DNA from: Escherichia phage vB_EcoM_G5211
Direction: 5' to 3' (one strand)
Sequence record: MK327947.1
Length of the DNA stretch: 64,000 nucleotides
A program made the translations under genes and the position numbers. The notes beneath the pieces are model-generated. The model saw only the letters and a list, made by a program, of their open reading frames with translations. It searched no databases and was not told where the DNA came from. Positions 27,030-35,576 of the stretch are shown piece by piece; position 1 is the first letter of the stretch, and every line of letters starts with the position of its first letter.

Positions 27030-27294
27030 AATCATTCACTACCTTATCAGCTTCTTTTGTTGTTTTTACATCAACTGCGATAACCCGTAAAGGTTCGTCA
27101 TGGTTCCACCAATGATCGTGAATATCGGCTTGTGATTTATCACCAAAGGAATCACGAATATCATTTTTACTTTTATAGCTAATGTGACCGTCATAGTCAA
27201 CATAAAGGTAATTATCGAAAATCGGCGTTTTTAAGATCATGCCGAAAAATCTTTCTTTGTGTGTCTTATCCAGCGTTGCAGTAATTCGCATCAT
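27016..27294 (-). CDS. small early protein (92 aa), member 4 of the H-x-H-W paralog family
   Basis: ..YLYVDYDGHISY..HDHWW..VIAVDV.. Confidence 0.6.
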   Translation of the reverse strand: MMRITATLDKTHKERFFGMILKTPIFDNYLYVDYDGHISYKSKNDIRDSFGDKSQADIHDHWWNHDEPLRVIAVDVKTTKEADKVVNDYEQI

Positions 27295-27306
27295 AATATA
27301 TTCCTC

Positions 27307-27486
27307 TTAGAAAGGGATGGTCATTTCTTGAGCTTGTACATTCTCGTTAGGATTAAACTTCATCCAACCAATATTGTCTACCAGCATATGCACATTTTTA
27401 TCATATCCTACGTGAGTAGTCAACACTAAATGTGATTTACCTTCAACGATGATTTCCATGTACTTCTGAACTTCGATAGCTTTCAT
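27307..27486 (-). CDS. small early hypothetical protein (59 aa), not in the ORF track
   Basis: ATG directly after a cassette leader; translation MKAIEVQKYMEIIVEGKSHLVLTTHVGYDKNVHMLVDNIGWMKFNPNENVQAQEMTIPF. Confidence 0.5.
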   Translation of the reverse strand: MKAIEVQKYMEIIVEGKSHLVLTTHVGYDKNVHMLVDNIGWMKFNPNENVQAQEMTIPF

Positions 27487-27547
27487 TTTGATTCTCCGTT
27501 TGTTGTCTTGATGGGAGTATCTTACTACTCCCTTTAATCATTGTCAA
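27487..27547 (-). promoter_or_regulatory. early promoter plus stem-loop cassette (PeSL-like)
   Basis: TTGACA; stem GGGAGTA-tcttac-TACTCCC. Confidence 0.55.
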
Positions 27548-27550
27548 CTA

Positions 27551-27718
27551 TTATTTGTTAATTTCTGGTGCGTTGCTTGGATAGTAACCTTCTTTAACAC
27601 CCAGATATTTTGCAACCATTCCGGTGATCTTCTGTGCTACTACGATATCGAATTTCAGGTAGTCTTCACCGTGTTTTGCTACAATGTATGCTTCGCATTC
27701 TGCTTTAGTCTGGAACAT
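27551..27718 (-). CDS. small early protein (55 aa), paralog B of 24285..24452
   Basis: MFQTKAECEAYIVAKHGEDYLKFDIVVAQKITGMVAKYLGVKEGYYPSNAPEINK. Confidence 0.5.
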   Translation of the reverse strand: MFQTKAECEAYIVAKHGEDYLKFDIVVAQKITGMVAKYLGVKEGYYPSNAPEINK

Positions 27719-27782
27719 TTTTGATTCTCCTATATCTCGTTGGTATGTGTGTATTATAGGGGATCTCCCGATCCCCTGTCAA
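27719..27782 (-). promoter_or_regulatory. early promoter plus stem-loop cassette (PeSL-like)
   Basis: TTGACA-18-TATAAT with GGGGATC-tccc-GATCCCC palindrome. Confidence 0.6.
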
Positions 27783-27795
27783 CAACTTTTTTGAA

Positions 27796-28272
27796 TTATT
27801 TTTCTTGATGCTCGCGCTCGTACTTTTCGAAATAAAATTCTACTGGCTGGTCATGAATTGACAGCAAGCCAAAGCGTTTAGCCGCTCGCAATCCCATATT
27901 GCGCTGAATGTACTTCTGGAAGTTCTCGCGTATACACTTACGCCAGTATTCTAAGCCCATACAGCTTTTATAAAGATTGCATTGTACACACGCCGGATTC
28001 ATGTTATCAAGTATATCATGTTCCGGTTTATGCATTCCTACAACCTTATACTTCCACGACCCATCATCATTACGGGCAATTCGTCCATTTTCATCATAGA
28101 CTACCTTTGAGCGTCGCAATACTGGTTTGATATGGTCTGCGTGCCAGCGATCCCCTAGTTCCTCGCCACAATAGGCACAACGCCCACCGTATTTCATTTT
28201 CAGGATCTGGCGTTGCTCTTTCTTTGACAATTTTTTAGGTTTAGGGGCTTTCGCCCCTTCATTATCACACAT
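27796..28272 (-). CDS. HNH endonuclease (free-standing, abutting the DNA ligase gene)
   Basis: CAYCGEEL..WHADHIKP..NMNPACVQCN matches the HNH Cys/His pattern; start overlaps the 3' end of gene 30. Confidence 0.75.
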   Translation of the reverse strand: MCDNEGAKAPKPKKLSKKEQRQILKMKYGGRCAYCGEELGDRWHADHIKPVLRRSKVVYDENGRIARNDDGSWKYKVVGMHKPEHDILDNMNPACVQCNLYKSCMGLEYWRKCIRENFQKYIQRNMGLRAAKRFGLLSIHDQPVEFYFEKYEREHQEK

Positions 28273-29761
28273 CGAATACCTCTTTTACTGTATTTGCCGT
28301 GGTCTTGTCGTAGCGAATACGTTTGATGATTGGGAGAAATAAAGAGAACTCCGGTTCATCTTCTTTACGTGATTTGCTGCGGATATACCCGTTGCATGTC
28401 ATCTCAATGACTTTTCCAATCAGGTTATGACGGTCAGCCCATAACATTTCTCGGTCGAGTTCATTTCGACGATCGAACGGAATTACACGTTCGATACCAT
28501 CATCACCTTTTTCGGTTGTGGTGTCGGTTAATCCCGATCCGGTGTTAGTCATCATTCGTCCGCACGCACTACGGACAGTAAAACCGCCTACCTTATTGGG
28601 GTCTTTACTATGCGGATATACATCAACAATTTCCGCGTCGAAGTCAATAACTTCTTTAAATTTAACCTGATCTTTACTGCGACGATCTTCAAATACACCA
28701 TGTAAATTTTTAAGGATAATACCTTCTAAGCCCATGTTTACATAGCGATGATATACTTCGCGAGCTTCATCGATATTGTTAACTACAGTGTTTTCGATTA
28801 TCTGAACACGAGGATCGTTAAGTTCTTCAACAATCTGTTTTAGTTCTTCGAATCGATCTTTATATTGCTTCGTTGCTTTCTCGTTTCCGTAATACACATC
28901 ACGGTCGATAACATCCCAGACAGTGTAAACAATACATTGGGCTTCTTCTTTTGGAATAGTTCCTTTCAGTGATTTGTTGAGGATACCATTTCCGGTCTGA
29001 CGATCTGCAACAACGGATTCTTTCACTGCTTCCGCTACTGGCGTTAATGGCATTTCATCTTCTTCAAATATCCATGACAGAGTACCATCATAAACGCTCT
29101 CAACGAAGTTCTGCGCTGGTGTTTGCGAAAGGGTAGGCATATATACCAATTCGCCATCTAGAACAATTCCACGGCCTCGTAGACGCTCTAAAACCACAAA
29201 CAAATCATCAAGCCCTTGATAGGTATTACCTGAACGGGTATAGATTGCTAATGTTTCCCCGTCAATATCAGCCATCCCACGAGCGCCATCGCTTTTAAGT
29301 TGTGCATACGCCGGATATTTGATATTGGCAATGGTCTTATCAGAACATGACGATGCAAGGTGGCACGGCTGCTGAGGAATCAGTTTCTTCCATACCTTGT
29401 TTGCGGTGGTAGCGGAACAACCGCATTCTAGGTCTCGATTCAGGACCATCATTGCAACTTTAGCATCGTCTTCCGACAAGCAAGTCAGAGTATCGGTAAC
29501 TAGCTGTAATGCTGCATTACCAGTTATTTGACGCGTGGCAAGTTTATTTTTAAAGACCTGTAATGCGCCAGATAAAGACAATACAGATGAATAACGCGAC
29601 GGTTTATCGTATTTCTTTACGCCAAACGTAACCTGTTTGCAATATGCCAGATAAAAGCATTCTTTCAGCGTTTCATTGCTTGCAGATTCTTTCAGGATCT
29701 TTTCTTTCAGCGATGTTTTGTCTGTTGCTGCAAGCTGATTAATGATATTAAGAATTGACAT
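28265..29761 (-). CDS. 30: ATP-dependent DNA ligase gp30
   Basis: From the internal ATG (MSILNIINQ..); KSDGAR adenylation motif region and overall parallel to T4 ligase; the track ORF starts at GTG 29767. Confidence 0.9.
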   Translation of the reverse strand: MSILNIINQLAATDKTSLKEKILKESASNETLKECFYLAYCKQVTFGVKKYDKPSRYSSVLSLSGALQVFKNKLATRQITGNAALQLVTDTLTCLSEDDAKVAMMVLNRDLECGCSATTANKVWKKLIPQQPCHLASSCSDKTIANIKYPAYAQLKSDGARGMADIDGETLAIYTRSGNTYQGLDDLFVVLERLRGRGIVLDGELVYMPTLSQTPAQNFVESVYDGTLSWIFEEDEMPLTPVAEAVKESVVADRQTGNGILNKSLKGTIPKEEAQCIVYTVWDVIDRDVYYGNEKATKQYKDRFEELKQIVEELNDPRVQIIENTVVNNIDEAREVYHRYVNMGLEGIILKNLHGVFEDRRSKDQVKFKEVIDFDAEIVDVYPHSKDPNKVGGFTVRSACGRMMTNTGSGLTDTTTEKGDDGIERVIPFDRRNELDREMLWADRHNLIGKVIEMTCNGYIRSKSRKEDEPEFSLFLPIIKRIRYDKTTANTVKEVFDV

Positions 29762-30227
29762 TTTCACCTCGTTTTGTTAAACGTTCACGAATATCATTGA
29801 GGATACTACAAAATTCCGATTCAGTCAATATAGTCTTTAACGGATCAGTTCCACCTATGCTATGACGTAATTTCTTATTTCCGGTAGCGAGTAATGCTTT
29901 ACAAAATTCTGGGTTATTCCGTGCCATCGTAACAAATGCCAGATGTACCAGTCTGTAATAATGCTCACTCATTCGATGAATAGGGCGACCCTGAAAATAT
30001 AACATGTGATTCTCAATCTTTTCAGTTCTTCCGGTTCTTTTTGCTTTGCCACCGTGCATCAAAAAGATTTCTCTTTGTCTCTGAGGGTTCTTAAATCTTA
30101 GCCCCTGTAAAAATCCTTCTGTGCTGTTAATATCGCAACCAAATAGACGGAATGGTCTTTTATTGAAATTGCTCAATTCACCCGATGGATAAGGTCCACC
30201 CGCATAGATATCAATTTCAGAAGTCAT
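29748..30227 (-). CDS. NADAR/YbiA-like (DUF1768) protein
   Basis: PSGELSNFNKRPF..EGFLQGLRF and ALLATGNKKL resemble the NADAR family signature. Confidence 0.6.
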   Translation of the reverse strand: MTSEIDIYAGGPYPSGELSNFNKRPFRLFGCDINSTEGFLQGLRFKNPQRQREIFLMHGGKAKRTGRTEKIENHMLYFQGRPIHRMSEHYYRLVHLAFVTMARNNPEFCKALLATGNKKLRHSIGGTDPLKTILTESEFCSILNDIRERLTKRGENVNS

Positions 30228-30381
30228 TGAAACTAATCTCGCTAATCAGAGAGAACGGATCATAATCGTCATTAGGAATATCGATAGTAATCGAATGAGG
30301 ATTTACCCATACACCAAACTGGCCTTCTTCGGTGAATACTTCGGTATGGATTTCGTGGATGTTTACATTCATAGTTTTCAT
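30217..30381 (-). CDS. small hypothetical protein (55 aa from internal ATG)
   Basis: ATG with AAGGAA RBS; the track ORF starts at an upstream TTG. Confidence 0.45.
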   Translation of the reverse strand: MKTMNVNIHEIHTEVFTEEGQFGVWVNPHSITIDIPNDDYDPFSLISEISFNDF

Positions 30382-30420
30382 AATAAATTCCTTAATAATC
30401 AATAACTTACAAAATCATAT

Positions 30421-30451
30421 AGCCAAAATATAGGCGGGATTATTTCCCGCC
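30421..30451 (-). terminator. hairpin GGCGGGA..TCCCGCC with U-rich tail downstream of gene 31
   Basis: Inverted repeat immediately after the gp31 stop. Confidence 0.4.
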
Positions 30452-30462
30452 GTTTAAAATCA

Positions 30463-30786
30463 TTAACCGTAAACTACCACAATATTCTGTTTGTGTGTTA
30501 CAGTCCATTTCAGGTCGATCTCTTCTTCCTTCTTAACGCCATTAATAACGTCTGGATGAGGAACTTTATTCATCTTGCCATGTGGCAGTAAAACAGTTTT
30601 ACCCAGCAATTCTTTATCTACCGTTTCACCAATATCAATAATCTTACCTACCAGCGGAATCTCACCCATAGTGCGCTTTTGCTCAATAATGATCCCCATA
30701 GAGCTTTTTACTTCGGTCCCTGCGCTTTCTGCTTTAGCTTCGATAATTACATAATCACCAAGTGCTTTAGGAGTTTTAACGGTCAT
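30463..30786 (-). CDS. 31: co-chaperonin gp31 (GroES-like)
   Basis: 107 aa; ..LGDYVIIEA.. and ..KVPHP.. parallel T4 gp31. Confidence 0.75.
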   Translation of the reverse strand: MTVKTPKALGDYVIIEAKAESAGTEVKSSMGIIIEQKRTMGEIPLVGKIIDIGETVDKELLGKTVLLPHGKMNKVPHPDVINGVKKEEEIDLKWTVTHKQNIVVVYG

Positions 30787-30827
30787 AATTTTATTACCTC
30801 TTCAAATCAATACAGTTTAATGATGAA

Positions 30828-31142
30828 TTATTTATAAATTTCGACGATCTGCTCTGTAGTCAGCCCGTCTACATTAATCAGACTATCAAGCCCAAAACTA
30901 CGGAAACCTTCAACTGCAATTTCATATACTGGCAAAGATGTTTCTGATTCTTTACGCGGTTTTTCAACATTCGGAACTAACCACTTTTCGTATGTTTCAA
31001 ACGGCATCAGTGCCGGATCTCGCGTGGCGATCATCTCACAGACAGTACCATCTTTCTTAGTAAACTGCAAAGAGTGAGTACCGACCGAAAACATTTTCTT
31101 TAGTGCTTCACGAAGTGCGATATTATCAACTTGTTCAGTCAT
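30828..31142 (-). CDS. hypothetical protein (31.1/31.2 position)
   Basis: ORF from the internal ATG; the track start is TTG. Confidence 0.55.
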   Translation of the reverse strand: MTEQVDNIALREALKKMFSVGTHSLQFTKKDGTVCEMIATRDPALMPFETYEKWLVPNVEKPRKESETSLPVYEIAVEGFRSFGLDSLINVDGLTTEQIVEIYK

Positions 31143-31641
31143 TATCAATACCCTTCAAATCAGTCAATAATGCTTTTGGAATACGCGTGATCGTAATATC
31201 TGCATTATTCAGAATATCAGCCCAATCACGCCCACCATTTCGATCATATGTGTCGCAATAGTATAGATGTTTAATACCACTGTTTGCAATTGCTTTAGCG
31301 CAATCTGGACACGGTGAAGCAGTACACCACATACTAGCGCCTTCAATCGATACACCGCTACGGGCAGCAAACAAAATAGCATTTAATTCAGCATGGATCT
31401 CGTTTTTCTGTGACCATGCACTATGCTCTGGTCGTTTTTCTGGGATCATTTTGCCGTCATCATCCAGCCAACCGTTTTTATGTGCATGACAGCTACAATT
31501 TACTTGCCCTGCTGGAGTTCCGTTAAATCCAGTAGAAATGATTCGCCCGTCTTTTTCGATCAGTGCGCCTACCTTCCACGAAACACATTTAGAGTTCTTT
31601 GCGATCAGATAGGCGATCTGCATGTAAGTTTGTGACAACAT
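31135..31641 (-). CDS. cd: dCMP deaminase
   Basis: HAELNAI and PCPDCAKAI zinc-binding deaminase motifs. Confidence 0.85.
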   Translation of the reverse strand: MLSQTYMQIAYLIAKNSKCVSWKVGALIEKDGRIISTGFNGTPAGQVNCSCHAHKNGWLDDDGKMIPEKRPEHSAWSQKNEIHAELNAILFAARSGVSIEGASMWCTASPCPDCAKAIANSGIKHLYYCDTYDRNGGRDWADILNNADITITRIPKALLTDLKGIDND

Positions 31642-31662
31642 AATATAATCCTCACATAGTAA

Positions 31663-31866
31663 TTAACCGTATACGCGAAAGTATTCTACTGATCCGTCGC
31701 TATACTGTTTTACATTGAATGTATTCACACCATGATTATTTCTCATGATGACATATACACTGCGACGTTCATCGCTAAACGGCATAACTGGCGCTGGTTC
31801 AATATCAACACTAAAACCACGTTTAGCAAGTGCTTCGCCTAATTGCTTGAGTTTATCGGTAAACAT
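31663..31866 (-). CDS. small hypothetical protein (67 aa)
   Basis: ATG overlaps the pseT stop region. Confidence 0.5.
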   Translation of the reverse strand: MFTDKLKQLGEALAKRGFSVDIEPAPVMPFSDERRSVYVIMRNNHGVNTFNVKQYSDGSVEYFRVYG

Positions 31867-32744
31867 TAAAATTCTCCGTAGTTAACCTGAAAACATTCTA
31901 CACCAATTGAGCGGTACATGTCAACCACTTGATCACGGTCATCTACCGCCAAAACAACATGATAACGCGGTGCAATTTCAGAGAAGAAGATCTCTTTCTT
32001 CACTTCATGATCAGGACGACGATCATTAGTTTCACGTTGAAAGTGATCACTAGGTTCAATACCCTGTTCACGCAACCATTGCAGAGTATCTTCTTCGCAA
32101 ACATCCTCACGCCCTGAGCATGTGATGATACGATAGCCATTATCACGATACAGTTTAAGCATTTCGACCACTTGCGGACGCGGTTTATCTTCTTTGACCT
32201 TTGTCCAGTCAAACGGATGACGACCGCCCTTATCCGCTAATGTCCCATCAATATCAAAGATCACTGCCTTTGGCAGCATGGTATTCGGTTTGTATACTTC
32301 TTGACCCATATATTCCTGCATCAGATAAAATTGGTTGCGCAAATGAGAAAGTGGAATTGCTTTCTCGCCGCGATAGAAATTACGTTTCTTTAGTGTCTCA
32401 AATGATTCATTGAACACTTGTTCAGTATACACCGCGTTAAATTCTTTTGCAAGTTCTTTGTAGAATACACGATGTTTTTCTTTCAGGTTGGTATCGGAGA
32501 TAATGATACTCAATCCGCGTGATAGAGTCTCACGAGCAATCATTCTCTGAATAGACTCTACCAGCTTTTCTTTTTCCTTAGTATACTTGTATTTCAAATG
32601 TGAGTCAACACCAAACAACATAAGACGAAGATCATCACGATTCACATTACGATAATTACTAAACCGTTTACACGTTTCCATAGCCCATGTAGTTTTACCG
32701 GACCCAGAACAACCAACGGTTAAAATCACTTCACATTTCGGCAT
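31866..32744 (-). CDS. pseT: polynucleotide 5'-kinase/3'-phosphatase
   Basis: From the internal ATG with AAGGAGAA RBS; P-loop GCSGSGKTT and HAD motif VIFDIDGTLAD. Confidence 0.85.
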   Translation of the reverse strand: MPKCEVILTVGCSGSGKTTWAMETCKRFSNYRNVNRDDLRLMLFGVDSHLKYKYTKEKEKLVESIQRMIARETLSRGLSIIISDTNLKEKHRVFYKELAKEFNAVYTEQVFNESFETLKKRNFYRGEKAIPLSHLRNQFYLMQEYMGQEVYKPNTMLPKAVIFDIDGTLADKGGRHPFDWTKVKEDKPRPQVVEMLKLYRDNGYRIITCSGREDVCEEDTLQWLREQGIEPSDHFQRETNDRRPDHEVKKEIFFSEIAPRYHVVLAVDDRDQVVDMYRSIGVECFQVNYGEF

Positions 32745-33196
32745 TATTTCTCCTTCGGTTTGCACCGTTCCTCATTAAGTTCTTTTCGATAATAACACAT
32801 GATCAACTTACTTTCAAGTGTATATCTCTTAATATCCGCAAGCCAGACTCTGAATTTTTGGGAGTCCTCCCACGACATAGAAACTCTAGGTTTACCGTCT
32901 ATTGTATCCACTTTCAGGTCAATGTCAACTTTTTCTATTGGTGCTGGTAGTTGAGGATGTAATTTCGGTTCCTGTGAATACTGGTCCATTGTACACGAAG
33001 AAAGAGCAAATACAATAGGTACAGCGAAGACATGGATTATGGCGGTCTGAAAATTCTTATGTGCTTTCTTAAACATCCAGTGTATCACGAAAATTGAAAA
33101 CACCATCAGGATAATAATGCTTGCACCTATCCCCAGATAATCAACCAGATTAAAATTGCTTATCTGCTCTTGCGTAGGCAATATTTCTATGCTCAT
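32744..33196 (-). CDS. membrane protein with internal lipoprotein signal; candidate o-spanin (pseT.2-like)
   Basis: AAGGAGG RBS at 33196; internal MFKKAHKNFQTAIIHVFAVPIVFALSSC has a lipobox; start overlaps the upstream stop (ATGA). Confidence 0.45.
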   Translation of the reverse strand: MSIEILPTQEQISNFNLVDYLGIGASIIILMVFSIFVIHWMFKKAHKNFQTAIIHVFAVPIVFALSSCTMDQYSQEPKLHPQLPAPIEKVDIDLKVDTIDGKPRVSMSWEDSQKFRVWLADIKRYTLESKLIMCYYRKELNEERCKPKEK

Positions 33197-33516
33197 TTAG
33201 TAGCCTCCTTTAATTCTTCGGTAAACTCCTTAAATGAATCATTAAGCTGTTTCTCTACCAACTTGGGTTTTTGTGCTACTACATAGCCTCGTGTAGCGTC
33301 TTTCATTGCTTTGTTTTGTTCTTCTGCAAACTTAGTTCTTATTCCGTACATATCCTTTTGTAGTGAGTCTACGACCTTCATCTTTTCATCTGTCTTTTTC
33401 TTATACTCTGTAAATTCCTGATTCAGTCGGTCTACCTCCTTTTTATTTTCCCACCACATATTACCACCTACCCCTAGCAACACAGAGATGATAACAATGT
33501 ATATCAGCTTTGACAT
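33193..33516 (-). CDS. candidate i-spanin (N-terminal TM plus coiled coil; pseT.3-like)
   Basis: From the internal ATG: MSKLIYIVIISVLLGVGG then a charged helical region; the track ORF starts at an upstream TTG. Confidence 0.45.
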   Translation of the reverse strand: MSKLIYIVIISVLLGVGGNMWWENKKEVDRLNQEFTEYKKKTDEKMKVVDSLQKDMYGIRTKFAEEQNKAMKDATRGYVVAQKPKLVEKQLNDSFKEFTEELKEATK

Positions 33517-33531
33517 ATTACCCCCAACGAC

Positions 33532-33554
33532 AAAAGGCGGGGAACTAGCCCCGC
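33532..33554 (-). terminator. hairpin plus U-run downstream of rnlA
   Basis: GCGGGG-cuaguu-CCCCGC followed by UUUUG on the - strand. Confidence 0.5.
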
Positions 33555-33560
33555 TTATTA

Positions 33561-34730
33561 TTACCAATCAATCTTATCAGCCGGAATAAGTTTCTTATAA
33601 TTCCGTAGATAGTAAGTTTTCATTGAATCCAGAATACGGTCATAATCAAGACCATCAAATGCAATCATCAGACACATGAAAATATATGCTTGTGCATCAC
33701 CATGTTTACTTGATTCGATAGTCGCATTTGATGCATATGTCTTTCTGTCTTCTCCCGCGTGTGCGTTATAAAATTCTGTTGCTGTCGTGAAGGCATTGCG
33801 AAGAATAGACCTGAATGCTTCCTCGAATAGCTCGATTCGTTCCAGTGCTTCCGGTTCGCCTTCATATGCAGCACGCAAATCATCGGTTTCGCTTTCTACG
33901 ACATAGTAGATCAGGTTATTAGGAAACATCGATGTGTTTTTAATGTTATGCACACCAATATACCATTCACTCTTCACTTTGAACATTTGACCGTCTTTAG
34001 TGCGTGCAACAATTCCTTCGATACCTTCTGCGGTCCGAACTTCATCAAGAATATTGCTAAAACGCGCTGAATCAACCTGTAACGCATTTACCAGATGAGG
34101 ACGTAGGATTGCGTCCGCAAATAGCATTTGATGCGGTACGTACTCTCCTGTGACGTTATGACGTACATTCAGAAGTGTTAGCGACGGTTCAGAATATTCT
34201 ACAACAATTCGGTTGCTGGGCGCTGTATATTCAAAGTTGAAAGTATAATCAGACCCAATATCAGCAATCTTAGCGCGTAGATCCGCATACTTCTCTGAAT
34301 ACAGAAGACCGTTTGCTCTCTCTGCCTGGCTTGAGTACAAGGCCGCTTTAGACTTCAACTGAACATAGCCGTTATCAATGTAGGTGCTTACTAGACTACC
34401 GTCCATTTTGTCCATGACCATTTCCACATCTTCCGGCTTAAAGCGAGCGCGATCATTCTCGCCTAAATTAAAAAACTTCTCCATAGGACGAGATGCAATG
34501 CGGACCGGACGACCTTTATCGTCAATTTCAAACATGATCCCGCGACACTCTAACGCATCTGGTTTATTCCACATTTCAGGTTTGCTCAAGTACAGATAAC
34601 TAAAAATGCGCATACGGGTTTGCATCGCCGTAATTTCATCTTTGTAATAGAACGTATCAGATCCGTCACATAGTGCCATCAGATTTTTGAACAATGCTAA
34701 AACTTTTTTGTTGTTTTCTTTTGTTGACAT
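33561..34730 (-). CDS. rnlA: RNA ligase 1
   Basis: KMDGSL nucleotidyltransferase motif; IFSY..DALECRGIMFE..VRIASRPMEKFFNL parallels T4 RnlA. Confidence 0.85.
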   Translation of the reverse strand: MSTKENNKKVLALFKNLMALCDGSDTFYYKDEITAMQTRMRIFSYLYLSKPEMWNKPDALECRGIMFEIDDKGRPVRIASRPMEKFFNLGENDRARFKPEDVEMVMDKMDGSLVSTYIDNGYVQLKSKAALYSSQAERANGLLYSEKYADLRAKIADIGSDYTFNFEYTAPSNRIVVEYSEPSLTLLNVRHNVTGEYVPHQMLFADAILRPHLVNALQVDSARFSNILDEVRTAEGIEGIVARTKDGQMFKVKSEWYIGVHNIKNTSMFPNNLIYYVVESETDDLRAAYEGEPEALERIELFEEAFRSILRNAFTTATEFYNAHAGEDRKTYASNATIESSKHGDAQAYIFMCLMIAFDGLDYDRILDSMKTYYLRNYKKLIPADKIDW

Positions 34731-35127
34731 AATTTGTGTTCCATTCTGGTTTAAATTTGGTGATCAAAACAGGTTCTTCGATATCGGCAGTGCTTATAAT
34801 ATCTTTACCCGTTGGATTCTCAATATATAACTCAAAGCACTGGCGGTAATAGAATGTTACTGTCTTACCTTCCTCTAGCGCCTTATGAATATTCTTACTC
34901 TTGCGAGTATCCGCTGTTGGTGTTTGTCTGTTAATGCTAGTCCGGTAATAATTGATCCGCTTTCTGAGATTGACAGTCTGACCAATGTATACCAGTTCAT
35001 CATCAACAACAATAGCGTAAAGAACATTTAAACGGTTCTTCTGAGGCGGCAGAATCACATCACCATCTTTACACTCTAAACATGAATATTTAACGAATCC
35101 ATAGTTTTCTATTAGCTCATTAATCAT
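34666..35127 (-). CDS. denA: GIY-YIG endonuclease II
   Basis: VLYAIVVDDELVYIGQT..RKRINYY GIY-YIG motif; position between rnlA and nrdB as in T4; 65-nt overlap with rnlA. Confidence 0.75.
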   Translation of the reverse strand: MINELIENYGFVKYSCLECKDGDVILPPQKNRLNVLYAIVVDDELVYIGQTVNLRKRINYYRTSINRQTPTADTRKSKNIHKALEEGKTVTFYYRQCFELYIENPTGKDIISTADIEEPVLITKFKPEWNTNYVNKRKQQKSFSIVQKSDGTM

Positions 35128-35152
35128 TATCCTTTCCTCACGTCACAACAAA

Positions 35153-35170
35153 GGCGGGATTTCTCCCGCC
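35153..35170 (-). terminator. hairpin GGCGGGA-gaaa-UCCCGCC (attenuator-like)
   Basis: Inverted repeat between the stop of 35178..35576 and the denA RBS. Confidence 0.35.
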
Positions 35171-35177
35171 CACCTTA

Positions 35178-35576
35178 TTAACTTTCCAGAATATCGCGAG
35201 CTTCGTTACGCTCCTTGATGATTTTCAGGACAAATTCCAGTTTTTCTTTGTTTAGTGTTCCGTTTTCCATTGCTTCTTTGACGGTAAACACTCCGCCACC
35301 TTGCCCGTATACAGTGACAGTGATTTCACCTAACATCGTGGTGTGAAAACCGCCAATTTTCGGTGATTCGAAAGAAACAATTACCTCGCGGACAGTATTA
35401 CCGTCGTTGATTTCTGAGAGGGTAATGTCGTTTTTGTAGGCGGTTGCTTTAACCATACGGATCAGCATAGTCTGATCTGGGGAGATGGTCATTTTGTCCA
35501 TTGCATGTTGCAATGCAGCGTAACCGAAAACTTTAACGAAGTCCAGAACGTCTTTGCGAGTTTGAAATTTAATCAT
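35178..35576 (-). CDS. early hypothetical protein (132 aa)
   Basis: ATG behind a cassette. Confidence 0.6.
   Translation of the reverse strand: MIKFQTRKDVLDFVKVFGYAALQHAMDKMTISPDQTMLIRMVKATAYKNDITLSEINDGNTVREVIVSFESPKIGGFHTTMLGEITVTVYGQGGGVFTVKEAMENGTLNKEKLEFVLKIIKERNEARDILES

Noticed and set aside
21826-27782. Repeated ~60-bp elements as a possible CRISPR array
   Set aside because: The repeats contain promoter hexamers and a ribosome-binding leader, are irregularly spaced, and each precedes an ORF; they are promoter cassettes, not CRISPR repeats.
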